NCBI GenBank assembly: GCA_002898315.1
Contig: BEHV01000002.1
Location: forward strand, 92,145 to 156,144
DNA: 64,000 nucleotides
Reading direction: 5' to 3'
From: a bacterium HR19
Lineage (GTDB): Bacteria > Calescibacteriota > Calescibacteriia > Calescibacteriales > Calescibacteriaceae
This document shows positions 54,538-63,829 of this stretch, piece by piece. Numbering within the stretch: the first letter of the stretch is position 1; each line of letters starts with the position of its first letter. The notes beneath the pieces are model-generated. The model ran no database searches. It was not told the DNA's origin and worked only from the letters and a program-made list of their open reading frames with translations. The position numbers and the translations under genes are program-made.

Positions 54538-55974
54538 ATGGCAATAAAAAAAATAGACAAATTGAAGTATCTTATAGAGAAGGAGGGTTCAATGAGAGTT
54601 CCTGCGGTTGTGTTTGCGAATGAAAAGATTTTTGAAAAGATTGTAGAAGATAAATCATTAGAACAGCTCAAAAATGTCGCATCTTTACCGGGAATAGTCG
54701 GGAAAGCGATAGGTATGCCAGATATTCACTGGGGGTATGGAATGCCCGTTGGAGGTGTTGCTGCCTTTGACGCCGAAGAAGGAATAATAGGACCAGGAAT
54801 GATAGGTTTTGATATAAACTGTGGGGTGAGATTACATATAACTTCACTTGTTTTTGAAGATATAAAAGATAAGATTGATAAGATTGTCAAAAAAATGTTT
54901 GAACTCATTCCTGCTGGGGTTGGACTTTCTGGACATGTTGAACTTGGAAAAAAGGAGATGAAAAATGTATGCGAGGAGGGGGCGAGATTTGTTGTGGAAA
55001 AACTTGGATTCGGCTCTCCCGATGAATTAGAAAATATAGAGTCATACGGCTGTATTGAGGGAGCTGATTTTTCTGCTGTTTCAGAGAAAGCGTATGAAAG
55101 GGGAAGAGATCAGCTCGGTACAGTAGGGTCGGGAAATCACTTTGTTGAGCTCGGTTATGTTGAGAAGGTTTTCAAGAAAGACATAGCTGAAAAGTGGGGA
55201 GTTTTTGAGGGACAGGTCACTCTTCTTGTGCATTCTGGTTCTCGTGGTTTTGGTCATCAGATATGTGAGGATTATCTGAAAGTAGCTTTGAGGTGGTGTG
55301 AGAAAAACAGAGCACCTCTGCCAGATAAACAGCTCGCATATATGGGTATAAATTCTTCCGAAGCAAAAAGTTATATATCTGCTATGAAGAGCGCTATAAA
55401 CTACGCTTTTTCAAATCGTCTTATAATAGCTCATTATGCAAAAAAAGCTCTCGCAGATGCTCTGGGTATAAAAGCAGAAAGTTTGGGCTGGAAACTGATT
55501 TACGATGTTGCCCACAATACCGCTAAATTTGAAGAGCATTTTGTTGATGGTAAAGTGAGAAAGGTTGTAGTCCACAGAAAAGGTGCTACTCGCGCTTTCC
55601 CAAAGGGGCATCCAGAACTTCCCGGAAAACACAGAGAAATAGGTCAGCCGGTCATAATCCCGGGAGATATGGGAAGATACTCTTATATTCTTGTGGGAAA
55701 TGAGAAAGCCATGGATGAGAGTTTTGGCTCAACCTGTCACGGTGCTGGGAGGGTTATGTCCCGAAAACAAGCTATAAAATCAGCCAGAGGAAGAGATATA
55801 AGGCAGGAGCTTCTTAAAAAGAACATAATCGTTATGGCAAGAGAAGTTCATCTTCTTGCTGAGGAGATGTCAGATGCTTACAAAGATGTTGCAGATGTTG
55901 TGGAGGTCTGCGAAGAGGCTGGTCTCTCTCTTATAGTTGCTCGGCTAAAACCTGTTGGAGTTATAAAAGGATAA
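54538..55974 (+). CDS. rtcB: RNA-splicing ligase RtcB
   Basis: GFDINCGVR, GSGNHFVE, HSGSRGFGHQ and CHGAGR motifs. Full-length archaeal-type RtcB. Confidence 0.95.
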   Translation: MAIKKIDKLKYLIEKEGSMRVPAVVFANEKIFEKIVEDKSLEQLKNVASLPGIVGKAIGMPDIHWGYGMPVGGVAAFDAEEGIIGPGMIGFDINCGVRLHITSLVFEDIKDKIDKIVKKMFELIPAGVGLSGHVELGKKEMKNVCEEGARFVVEKLGFGSPDELENIESYGCIEGADFSAVSEKAYERGRDQLGTVGSGNHFVELGYVEKVFKKDIAEKWGVFEGQVTLLVHSGSRGFGHQICEDYLKVALRWCEKNRAPLPDKQLAYMGINSSEAKSYISAMKSAINYAFSNRLIIAHYAKKALADALGIKAESLGWKLIYDVAHNTAKFEEHFVDGKVRKVVVHRKGATRAFPKGHPELPGKHREIGQPVIIPGDMGRYSYILVGNEKAMDESFGSTCHGAGRVMSRKQAIKSARGRDIRQELLKKNIIVMAREVHLLAEEMSDAYKDVADVVEVCEEAGLSLIVARLKPVGVIKG

Positions 55975-55995
55975 TACCAAGTATTAAAATTTTAT

Positions 55996-57321
55996 TTGGT
56001 TGTGTTTGAGTTTCCAAAAAGGTCTCTTTTGCTCACGTTGATTTTTTTCGCAGGGGGTGTTGCCGTCACTGCATATTTGATTTTTGCTGTGCTGAAAACG
56101 GGCGAATACAGAGGATATAGTTTGAAACTTGTCGTTCGCTCTGCCGAAGGATTGGGAGAGGGTAGCCCTGTTGTTCTGAGCGGAGTTCAGGTAGGAAAAA
56201 TCAGCAAAGTAGAGCTATCCCAAGATGGAAAGAATGCCATCTTATTGGTTCAGATAAAGAGAAATATAAAAATCACAAAAGACGCAAATTTTTCTATTAA
56301 GATGAAAGGAGTCCTCGGAGATAGATATATTTCAGTAATTCAGGGGGATTCTGACGAGTATTTCAAAGATGGAGATGTTGTTGTTCTTGAACGAGATTCT
56401 TCTGAGATTTCTCGCATAACAGAAGATATAGGAGAACTTTCAAAAAATTTCTCCAGAACTCTTGAAGAGATAAGAGCTCTTGCGGAAAATATCAACTCTC
56501 TCGTTGATGACTTGAAAAATGAGAAATTAGCAGCACGTCTTGGAGATACACTCAGTAATTCTTCTTCTGCTGTTCAAGAAATAAGATATCTTGTTGAGGA
56601 CGCAAGAGATACTGTTCGCAAGATAGATAACATTATAGAAGGTTTTCAGGAACCAGCAAAAAAATTCTCCAGTGATATCACCAAAATATCAGATAACATA
56701 AAGGAGTTATCAGAAAAGCTCAACAAAGTTGCCTCATCTCTTGAAAAAGAAGGTATCCAAGCTCTTATGGGCGAAGATAGAGAAAAAATCAAAAACCTTG
56801 TCAATGATATAGATTCCTTGAGTCCAAAAGTTAAGGAAATAGTTTATAAGACCGATTCTCTGATATCTGATGTAAAGAAGAATTTAGAAAAAGCTTCTTC
56901 AATAGATGTGGGAGTTGGAGCAAAGATTGAGGGAGGAATAAAAGATGGAAAGTTTGTGGGGTCAGAAGGAATTTTTGCTACCTTCATGAGAAATAAAAGA
57001 TTGTTTCTGGATTTCGGAGTTATATCTCCACCGGGAGAGAATACTGTAAAATTCAACTCAATTTTGGGATTGAGAAACAAGGTTTTTTCATCTGGCGGAA
57101 TATCGGTTGGAGCGGGATTTTTGAGGAGCAGTCCCTCATTCATATTTGACTTTACACCTTATAGCTTTATTTTCACAAGGTTTGAAATTATCGGAATCTC
57201 TCAACCAAATTTGAGAGGATTATTAGGCGGGAGAATTTCATATTTCAGCTTTTACGGAGGAATTGAGAATTTTCTTTATAACAGCAGATTCTTCCTCATC
57301 GGAGTGGAGATAAAAGATTGA
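55996..57321 (+). CDS. MCE/MlaD-family protein with long helical region and beta-rich C-terminus
   Basis: TM anchor, MCE domain (LVVRSAEGLGEGSPVVLSGVQVGKISKVEL), about 170 aa of heptad-like helix, then a Gly/aromatic-rich tail. TTG start. Confidence 0.7.
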   Translation: MVVFEFPKRSLLLTLIFFAGGVAVTAYLIFAVLKTGEYRGYSLKLVVRSAEGLGEGSPVVLSGVQVGKISKVELSQDGKNAILLVQIKRNIKITKDANFSIKMKGVLGDRYISVIQGDSDEYFKDGDVVVLERDSSEISRITEDIGELSKNFSRTLEEIRALAENINSLVDDLKNEKLAARLGDTLSNSSSAVQEIRYLVEDARDTVRKIDNIIEGFQEPAKKFSSDITKISDNIKELSEKLNKVASSLEKEGIQALMGEDREKIKNLVNDIDSLSPKVKEIVYKTDSLISDVKKNLEKASSIDVGVGAKIEGGIKDGKFVGSEGIFATFMRNKRLFLDFGVISPPGENTVKFNSILGLRNKVFSSGGISVGAGFLRSSPSFIFDFTPYSFIFTRFEIIGISQPNLRGLLGGRISYFSFYGGIENFLYNSRFFLIGVEIKD

Positions 57322-57431
57322 TTTTTCAAAAGAGGAATGCTTTTTTAAAAATTTTTCTGTATAAGCATAAAAAGGTTTTTGCGGAGAAAAAATAAAATTT
57401 ACCAAACTTTTCAGAACGGGAGGTATAGGAT

Positions 57432-58277
57432 ATGGAAGAGAAAGTAATTAAGGAGTATCCGGCGGAGGTAATATCTATAACAGGGGAAGCTATCAAGAAA
57501 TACATAGAGGGTATAAGTGAAGATAACCCGTTTTTTTTCAAAGATGGTGTGAAAGCTCCACCACTTTACGCTACCGCTCTTTCAATACCTTTTACGGGAA
57601 GAGTCCTTTTTGATGAGGAAGTCAATCAAGGAGTGAATCCGATGAGAGTTGTTCACGGAGAGCAGGATTCAAGGATTTTCAAACTTATAAAAGAGGGAGA
57701 TGAGATAAAGATAGTGACCAAATTCTTGGGTGTTGAACAAAAAGAAGCGGGAACGATATTTACAATAAAAGCAGAACAGTTTGATAATAAGACGGGGATG
57801 AAGATTGGGGAAGGATATCATTTGTATTTCATAAGAGGTGAAAAGAAAGCAGGTGGAGAAAAGAAAAAAGAAGAGGAGAAAAAACCAGAACAGAGCAAGA
57901 AGCTTTATGAGTGGAAAACAAGGGTAGCGAAAGACCAACCAATAAAGTATGCGGAAGGTTCAGGAGATAGATTCCCAATACATACAGATGAGAATTTTGC
58001 GAAAGCGATGGGTTTTCCAACAATAATACTCCATGGTATGTGCACTATGGCTTTTGCGGCTAAATCTGTTATAGATAAGGTCTGCGGTGGAGACCCTACA
58101 AAGCTCAAAAGGATGAGGGTGCGTTTTTCAAAAATAGTCCTCCCAGAAGATGAGCTGACTTTCATAGGATACGAAAGTGTGGAGAAGCCAGAAATAGGAA
58201 AAAGAAGAATAGATATAGTGGCTTTAAATCAGAACGGTGAAGAAGTTCTCAAAAACGCCTTTGCGGAAATAGAATAA
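57432..58277 (+). CDS. Double-hotdog MaoC-family dehydratase
   Basis: N-terminal hydratase-like hotdog, a K/E linker, then a C-terminal MaoC motif GSGDRFPIHTDENFAKAMGFPTIILHGM. Confidence 0.75.
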   Translation: MEEKVIKEYPAEVISITGEAIKKYIEGISEDNPFFFKDGVKAPPLYATALSIPFTGRVLFDEEVNQGVNPMRVVHGEQDSRIFKLIKEGDEIKIVTKFLGVEQKEAGTIFTIKAEQFDNKTGMKIGEGYHLYFIRGEKKAGGEKKKEEEKKPEQSKKLYEWKTRVAKDQPIKYAEGSGDRFPIHTDENFAKAMGFPTIILHGMCTMAFAAKSVIDKVCGGDPTKLKRMRVRFSKIVLPEDELTFIGYESVEKPEIGKRRIDIVALNQNGEEVLKNAFAEIE

Positions 58278-58410
58278 ATCTTTTGGCTCCGCCCTGCTTT
58301 TATAATACCACCTTTAACTGCTGAAAATTTCAGGAAAAAAGAAAAGGAAGTCGCTTCGTGCATAAAATATTAAGAATAGAGAAGTAAGAAGACCGGGAGG
58401 TAAAGAAGAT

Positions 58411-59844
58411 ATGAAATCAAGTGTTGCAGAGGAGAGAAAAAGAGAGTCAAAAGAAAATGAACTGTCTTTTGATTATATGAAGTATGACTTCAAGATGCCA
58501 GAGATATATGAGTTCAAAACTAAAAAGGGGCTTGATGAAGAAGTTGTAAAGCAGATTTCATATATAAAAGGTGAACCTCAGTGGATGACGGAGTTCAGGC
58601 TCAGGGCATACCAAATTTTCAAGAAAAAGCCAATGCCAACATGGGGACCTGACCTATCTGAAATAAACTTTGATGAGTATCACTATTACATAAAGCCAAC
58701 AGATAAAAAAGGGCACTCATGGGAAGATGTTCCTGATTACATAAAGGAGACATTTGAAAGGTTGGGAATTCCGGAGGCGGAAAGAAAATTCCTCGCAGGA
58801 GTTGGAGCTATGTATGAGAGCGAAGTTGTCTATCACAAGATAAGAGAAGACCTTCAAAGGAAAGGAGTTATTTTTGTAGATACAGATACTGCTGTTAGAG
58901 AGTATCCTGAACTTGTAAAAGAGTATTTCGGAAAAGTCGTCCCGCCAACAGATAATAAATTTGCAGCTCTTAACTCTGCGGTTTGGTCTGGTGGTTCATT
59001 TATTTATGTCCCCCCGGGAGTGAAAGTTGATATGCCGTTGCAAGCGTATTTTAGAATAAATGCTCAGAATGTCGGGCAGTTTGAGAGGACGCTTATAATA
59101 GCAGATGAAGATTCTTCTGTCACCTATGTTGAAGGGTGCTCTGCTCCGGTGTATTCAAAAGATTCTCTTCACTCTGCTGTTGTTGAAATAATTGCTAAAC
59201 CGGGTGCGAGGGTTCAGTATATCACAATCCAGAACTGGTCAAAGAATGTTTTTAACCTTGTTACGAAGAGAGCGGTTGCTTATGAAGATGCTGAGGTGAT
59301 ATGGATAGATGGGAATATTGGTTCAAAGGTCACGATGAAGTATCCGGCGATATACCTTATGGGTAGGGGTGCGAGGGGTCAGATTATATCTGTGGCTTAC
59401 GCGGGAAGAGGTCAGTGGCAGGATGCTGGGGCAAAAGTCATTCACGCAGCACCATATACAAGGTCTGTCATAACATCAAAATCGGTCTCAAAATTCGGTG
59501 GAGTGACCACTTACAGAGGACTTGTCAAAGTCGTTGAAGGAGCAAAAGGATCTTCTGTTTCTGTCTCATGTGATGCTCTTATTCTTGACGAGTTCTCAAA
59601 GTCAAACACAATACCTCATATGGAAATTCTTGAAGACGATGTTGAGATATCTCACGAGGCATCTGTTGGGAGAATTTCTGAAGATGTCATATTCTACCTT
59701 ACTTCAAGGGGGCTTAAAGAATCCGAAGCTCTTGCTCTTATAGTCAGGGGATTTATGGAACCATTTGTCAAAACTCTGCCGATGGAATACGCCGTTGAGA
59801 TGAACAGATTGCTTGAACTTGAAATGGAAGGAGCAGTGGGATAA
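58411..59844 (+). CDS. sufB: Fe-S cluster assembly protein SufB
   Basis: 477 aa and SufB-like throughout (…AVWSGGSFIYVPPGV…, …FMEPF…). Confidence 0.95.
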   Translation: MKSSVAEERKRESKENELSFDYMKYDFKMPEIYEFKTKKGLDEEVVKQISYIKGEPQWMTEFRLRAYQIFKKKPMPTWGPDLSEINFDEYHYYIKPTDKKGHSWEDVPDYIKETFERLGIPEAERKFLAGVGAMYESEVVYHKIREDLQRKGVIFVDTDTAVREYPELVKEYFGKVVPPTDNKFAALNSAVWSGGSFIYVPPGVKVDMPLQAYFRINAQNVGQFERTLIIADEDSSVTYVEGCSAPVYSKDSLHSAVVEIIAKPGARVQYITIQNWSKNVFNLVTKRAVAYEDAEVIWIDGNIGSKVTMKYPAIYLMGRGARGQIISVAYAGRGQWQDAGAKVIHAAPYTRSVITSKSVSKFGGVTTYRGLVKVVEGAKGSSVSVSCDALILDEFSKSNTIPHMEILEDDVEISHEASVGRISEDVIFYLTSRGLKESEALALIVRGFMEPFVKTLPMEYAVEMNRLLELEMEGAVG

Positions 59845-59964
59845 TACAAAGAAGTCCTAAAAGCAAAAAGCTGGAGAACTTTGAGAAAAAAAGTGTTCTC
59901 TTCGTAAACTATTTCTTTATTGTTTCTATATTTTTTCTTTTTTGATGTTTTTTATTTTTTATTG

Positions 59965-61551
59965 ATGATGTTCCCGAAAGATTTCAAACTTGTCAGCAGA
60001 GAAAGAGCGAGAGAGCTTGATAAAATAGCGGAAGAACAGTTTTCAATCCCTACATCTTTGCTTATGGAGAATGCCGGTAGAAAGGTTGCGGAGCATACAA
60101 TAAAAATTCTTGTAGAAGGTGGCTATAAAAATGTAGTTGTAGTTGCTGGTGCAGGAAATAACGGGGGGGATGGATTCTGCGCAGCAAAACACATAAAGAA
60201 TTCGGGCTTCCAACCAAAAATAATACTCATTGACTCCGAAGAAAAGATAAAAGGTGATGCTCTTTTGAACTTCAACATAATCAGAAAAATGAAAATTGAA
60301 ATAATTTCATATAAGGGAGGAAAAAATTCTTTTCTCCAAATCCTTCCAGAATCAGGAATTTTAATAGATGCTATATTCGGCACAGGACTTTCAAGAGATA
60401 TTCAAGATGATAAACTCATAAGTATAATAGAGGAGATAAACAGATGGAAAAGGTCTGGCAAAGGAAGATTTGTTATATCGGTAGATATACCTTCTGGTCT
60501 TGACTCAAATACTGGAATCCCAAGACCTGTTGCTGTTGAAGCAGATGTGACTGTAACATTTGCCCCAGCGAAAGTCGGATTATTTGTCGGTTCTGCTCAA
60601 AAATTTACAGGTAAAATTGAAATAGAAGATATAGGAATACCGCTTGAACTTTGGCAGAATTCAGAGTTCTCACTTGTTAAGTTAGATTTTATAAGAGCTT
60701 TACTGAAAGATAGGCAAGACCTATCTCATAAAGGGAACTACGGTCATCTTCTTTGTATCTGCGGAGGGCTTGGCAGAGCGGGAGCAGCAGTCCTTGTCGG
60801 AAAATCAGCAGTCCATTCCGGAACAGGTTTGGTCACCTTGATGGTTCCAGATGTTGTATACGCTCCCGTAGCAAGTTCTGCGAGAGAGTATATGGTTTTT
60901 CCTGCTCCTTCTAAGGGCAGAACATTTTCTGAAAAATCTGTTGAACTTCTTGATGAACTTATTGAAGGTAAAAGTGCTGTTGTCATAGGTCCGGGAATAT
61001 GGGATGATGATGGGAGCAAGAAATTACTGTACCACCTAATAGAGAAGTTGAAGGAAAGAAATATACCATGTGTTTTAGATGCGGATGCTCTGAATATAGT
61101 TTCTCATGATGGCCTGGGGGTTCTGAAAGGATTGAAGGGAGTTATCACTCCACATCCCGGGGAGGCGGGACGCCTCCTTGGCAAATCTACAACAGATATA
61201 CAGAAAGATAGAATTGGCTCAGCGAAGGAGTTAAGCGAGAGCTCTGGTATGGTTGCGGTTCTGAAGGGTTTCAGAACAATAATTACAGATGGCAAAACTT
61301 TCTACATAAACACAACAGGAGGAGGTGAGCTTGCAACCGGAGGTACAGGAGATGTGCTTTCGGGCATTATAGGAGGTCTTTTAGCTCAGGGATACTCTCC
61401 GTACGAATCTGCGATAATTGGTGTTTTTGTTCATGGATTAGCGGGAGAGATTATTTCAAAAGAGCTGAACTACAAGCTTGCGACCGCAGATAGATTAGCT
61501 GAAAACATAGAAAAAGCTCTCGGAGTTATCAAAGGTACTAATGTAGTTTAA
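59965..61551 (+). CDS. nnr: Bifunctional NAD(P)H-hydrate repair enzyme Nnr (epimerase/dehydratase)
   Basis: The YjeF_N part has AGAGNNGGDG and the carbohydrate-kinase part has GGTGDVLSG. The ORF opens at TTG 59920. Confidence 0.9.
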   Translation: MMFPKDFKLVSRERARELDKIAEEQFSIPTSLLMENAGRKVAEHTIKILVEGGYKNVVVVAGAGNNGGDGFCAAKHIKNSGFQPKIILIDSEEKIKGDALLNFNIIRKMKIEIISYKGGKNSFLQILPESGILIDAIFGTGLSRDIQDDKLISIIEEINRWKRSGKGRFVISVDIPSGLDSNTGIPRPVAVEADVTVTFAPAKVGLFVGSAQKFTGKIEIEDIGIPLELWQNSEFSLVKLDFIRALLKDRQDLSHKGNYGHLLCICGGLGRAGAAVLVGKSAVHSGTGLVTLMVPDVVYAPVASSAREYMVFPAPSKGRTFSEKSVELLDELIEGKSAVVIGPGIWDDDGSKKLLYHLIEKLKERNIPCVLDADALNIVSHDGLGVLKGLKGVITPHPGEAGRLLGKSTTDIQKDRIGSAKELSESSGMVAVLKGFRTIITDGKTFYINTTGGGELATGGTGDVLSGIIGGLLAQGYSPYESAIIGVFVHGLAGEIISKELNYKLATADRLAENIEKALGVIKGTNVV

Positions 61552-61555
61552 CTTA

Positions 61556-62410
61556 TCAACTTGATTTGAGATTTTTCCAGAGAGCATCTTGTATTTTCTT
61601 TATATCCTGAATTATTTCTTCAAACATTTCAAAGGTTATTGATGTTTTCGGGTCTGAAAGAGCTTTTTCTGGTTCTGGGTGGACTTCAAAGAAGAATCCA
61701 TCCACTCCGACTGCTGCTGCTGCACGAGATAGGTAAGGCGAGAAAATTCTTTCCCCTTCTGATATTCCGTCTCCGGCTGATGGTTTCTGTAAGCTATGGG
61801 TTCCATCAAATGTGACGAGTGCCCACTGCTGCATTATGGGAATTCCCCTGAAATCTACCACGAGGTCTCCGTATCCGAAAGCGAAACCTCTCTCGCATAA
61901 GATGATCTTTTGATTTCCTGTTGATTCAGCTTTTTCTACTATATATTTTGTGCTTGCGGGGGAGGAGAACTGCGGTTTTTTTATGTGAAGTGGCTTTTGG
62001 GTTTTTGCAGCTCCGACAACAAGGTCTGTCTGCCTTGCGAGAAAAGCCGGAATCTGAATCACATCAAGGACCTCTCCGGCGGGTTCTATCTCCTCTTTGC
62101 AGTGCACATCAGATAAGACCGGCAATCCAACCTTGCTCCTTACCTTTGCAAGTATTTCAAGTCCCTTTTCAAGTCCAGGTCCTCTGAATGACTTTACAGA
62201 TGTTCTGTTCGCTTTATCGTACGATGCCTTGAAGATGAGTTGTATCCTGTGTTTTTCAGCAATCTGAAGGAGTTTTTCTGCACATTTTAGTGTGAAATCT
62301 TCTCCCTCTATGACGCATGGACCTGCGATGAAGATGAGGTCTTCCCCAGCAGTACATTTGCGAACATCATCATCTCCTATCTCAAAAACTCTTTTTCTCC
62401 TTCTTAACAT
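61556..62410 (-). CDS. kdsA: 3-deoxy-8-phosphooctulonate synthase
   Basis: IAGPCVIE, KASYDKANRTS and a DVHC-type metal site. Confidence 0.9.
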   Translation of the reverse strand: MLRRRKRVFEIGDDDVRKCTAGEDLIFIAGPCVIEGEDFTLKCAEKLLQIAEKHRIQLIFKASYDKANRTSVKSFRGPGLEKGLEILAKVRSKVGLPVLSDVHCKEEIEPAGEVLDVIQIPAFLARQTDLVVGAAKTQKPLHIKKPQFSSPASTKYIVEKAESTGNQKIILCERGFAFGYGDLVVDFRGIPIMQQWALVTFDGTHSLQKPSAGDGISEGERIFSPYLSRAAAAVGVDGFFFEVHPEPEKALSDPKTSITFEMFEEIIQDIKKIQDALWKNLKSS

Positions 62411-62454
62411 CTTTTTGGTTTCTGAACTTTTGAATTCTTATGTTTCCTGATTTT

Positions 62455-63771
62455 TTAATGGATGTGTTCTATGTGTATGTTATATCCTTTCTTTTTCAGA
62501 GTTTGCTCAACAAGGTTCATAGGGCAGAAGGGACCACACATAGAGCATGCTTTGGTTTTTGATGACCTTTCTCTAAATATTTTTTGTGCTTCGTTTGGGA
62601 AGAGCGCGAGTTCAAACTGTTTTTTCCAGTCAAGTTTGTATCTTGCCTGAGACATAAGAAGATTTCTCTCAATTGCTTTTTTATTACCTCTTGCTATGTC
62701 AGCTATGTGAGCTGCTATTCGGAAAGCTATCAGACCTTCTTTTACCTGTTCTGGTGATGGTAGCCCGAGGTGTTCTGCTGGGGTGAGGTAGCAGAGCATA
62801 TCTGCTCCGTACATTCCGGCAAGTGCTCCACCTATTGCTCCTGCTATGTGGTCGTATCCTGCTGCTGTATCGCAGGGTAGCATGCCCAAAATGTAAAATG
62901 GCGCCCCCTTGCAGAGTTTCTTCTCTATCTGAACATTTGTGAAAATCTCATTGAGCGGTATGTGTCCCGGACCTTCTACCATAGCTTGAACTCCGGCTTT
63001 TCTCGCTCTTTCAACAAGCTCCCCTATTATTATTAGTTCTTGTATTTGTGGTCTATCTGTTGAATCTGCTATTGAGCCCGGTCTCAGACCATCTCCTAAG
63101 CTCAAAGTCATATCATACTCTCTTGCTATTTCAAGTAATCTATCAAAGTATTTGTAAAGGGGATTTTCCATTTCGTTGTGAATCATCCACGCAGCCATCA
63201 ATCCCCCACCTCTTGATACAATTCCGGTCACTCTCTGGGTGTTTTGATACCTCCTGAGGGATTCAAGAGTCACTCCGCAGTGGACTGTTATGAAATCTAC
63301 TCCTCTTTTTCCGTGTTCTTCAATCACTTCAAATAGGTCATCAACCGTCATGTTGTAGAATGAGCCCTTTTGCTTTGCCGCCCTGAATTCTGCCTCATAT
63401 ATGGGAACTGTTCCAATTGGTATTTTTGATTTTTCAATAAGAGTTTTCATTATGGTTTCAAGGTCTCCACCTGTTGAAAGGTCCATCACTGTATCTCCAC
63501 CATACTCCATCGCTATGGCAAGTTTTTCTATTTCCTCATCTAAATTTGCGTAGTCATAAGATGTTCCTATATTCACATTTACTTTTACTGTCAATCCTTC
63601 TCCTATTCCTGTGAATCTTTCTAATGATTTGTGATTTGGGTTTGCGGGTATTACTACCAATCCTTGTGCTACTTTTTCTCTTAACTCTTCGGGTGATATT
63701 CCTTCTTGTTCTGCTATATAATACATTTCGTCTGTGATTATTCCTTTTCTTGCTTTTTCAAGCTGTGTCAT
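62455..63771 (-). CDS. thiC: Phosphomethylpyrimidine synthase ThiC
   Basis: ThiC-like throughout, with the C-terminal radical SAM cluster motif CSMCGPFCPM. SD is AAGGAGGTG. Confidence 0.95.
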   Translation of the reverse strand: MTQLEKARKGIITDEMYYIAEQEGISPEELREKVAQGLVVIPANPNHKSLERFTGIGEGLTVKVNVNIGTSYDYANLDEEIEKLAIAMEYGGDTVMDLSTGGDLETIMKTLIEKSKIPIGTVPIYEAEFRAAKQKGSFYNMTVDDLFEVIEEHGKRGVDFITVHCGVTLESLRRYQNTQRVTGIVSRGGGLMAAWMIHNEMENPLYKYFDRLLEIAREYDMTLSLGDGLRPGSIADSTDRPQIQELIIIGELVERARKAGVQAMVEGPGHIPLNEIFTNVQIEKKLCKGAPFYILGMLPCDTAAGYDHIAGAIGGALAGMYGADMLCYLTPAEHLGLPSPEQVKEGLIAFRIAAHIADIARGNKKAIERNLLMSQARYKLDWKKQFELALFPNEAQKIFRERSSKTKACSMCGPFCPMNLVEQTLKKKGYNIHIEHIH

Positions 63772-63829
63772 AAAGATTTCACCTCCTTAATTCATTTTAA
63801 TTTAGTAATTTTTGAAGTTGTTTTATGTT

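Noticed and set aside
54426-54671. An 81-aa minus-strand ORF spanning tRNA-Arg and the rtcB start.
   Set aside because: It is completely explained by the tRNA gene and the rtcB 5' end on the other strand.
63772-63829. An expected TPP riboswitch upstream of thiC.
   Set aside because: Only about 58 nt separate the thiC ATG from the stop of an upstream open frame. I found no CUGAGA / ACCUGAUCUGGAUAAUGCCAGCG-type TPP aptamer core here or in the remaining 170 nt. An AGCAGG…CCTGCT pairing exists (63846-63911) but lies in the probable coding tail of the upstream ORF and lacks TPP consensus elements.
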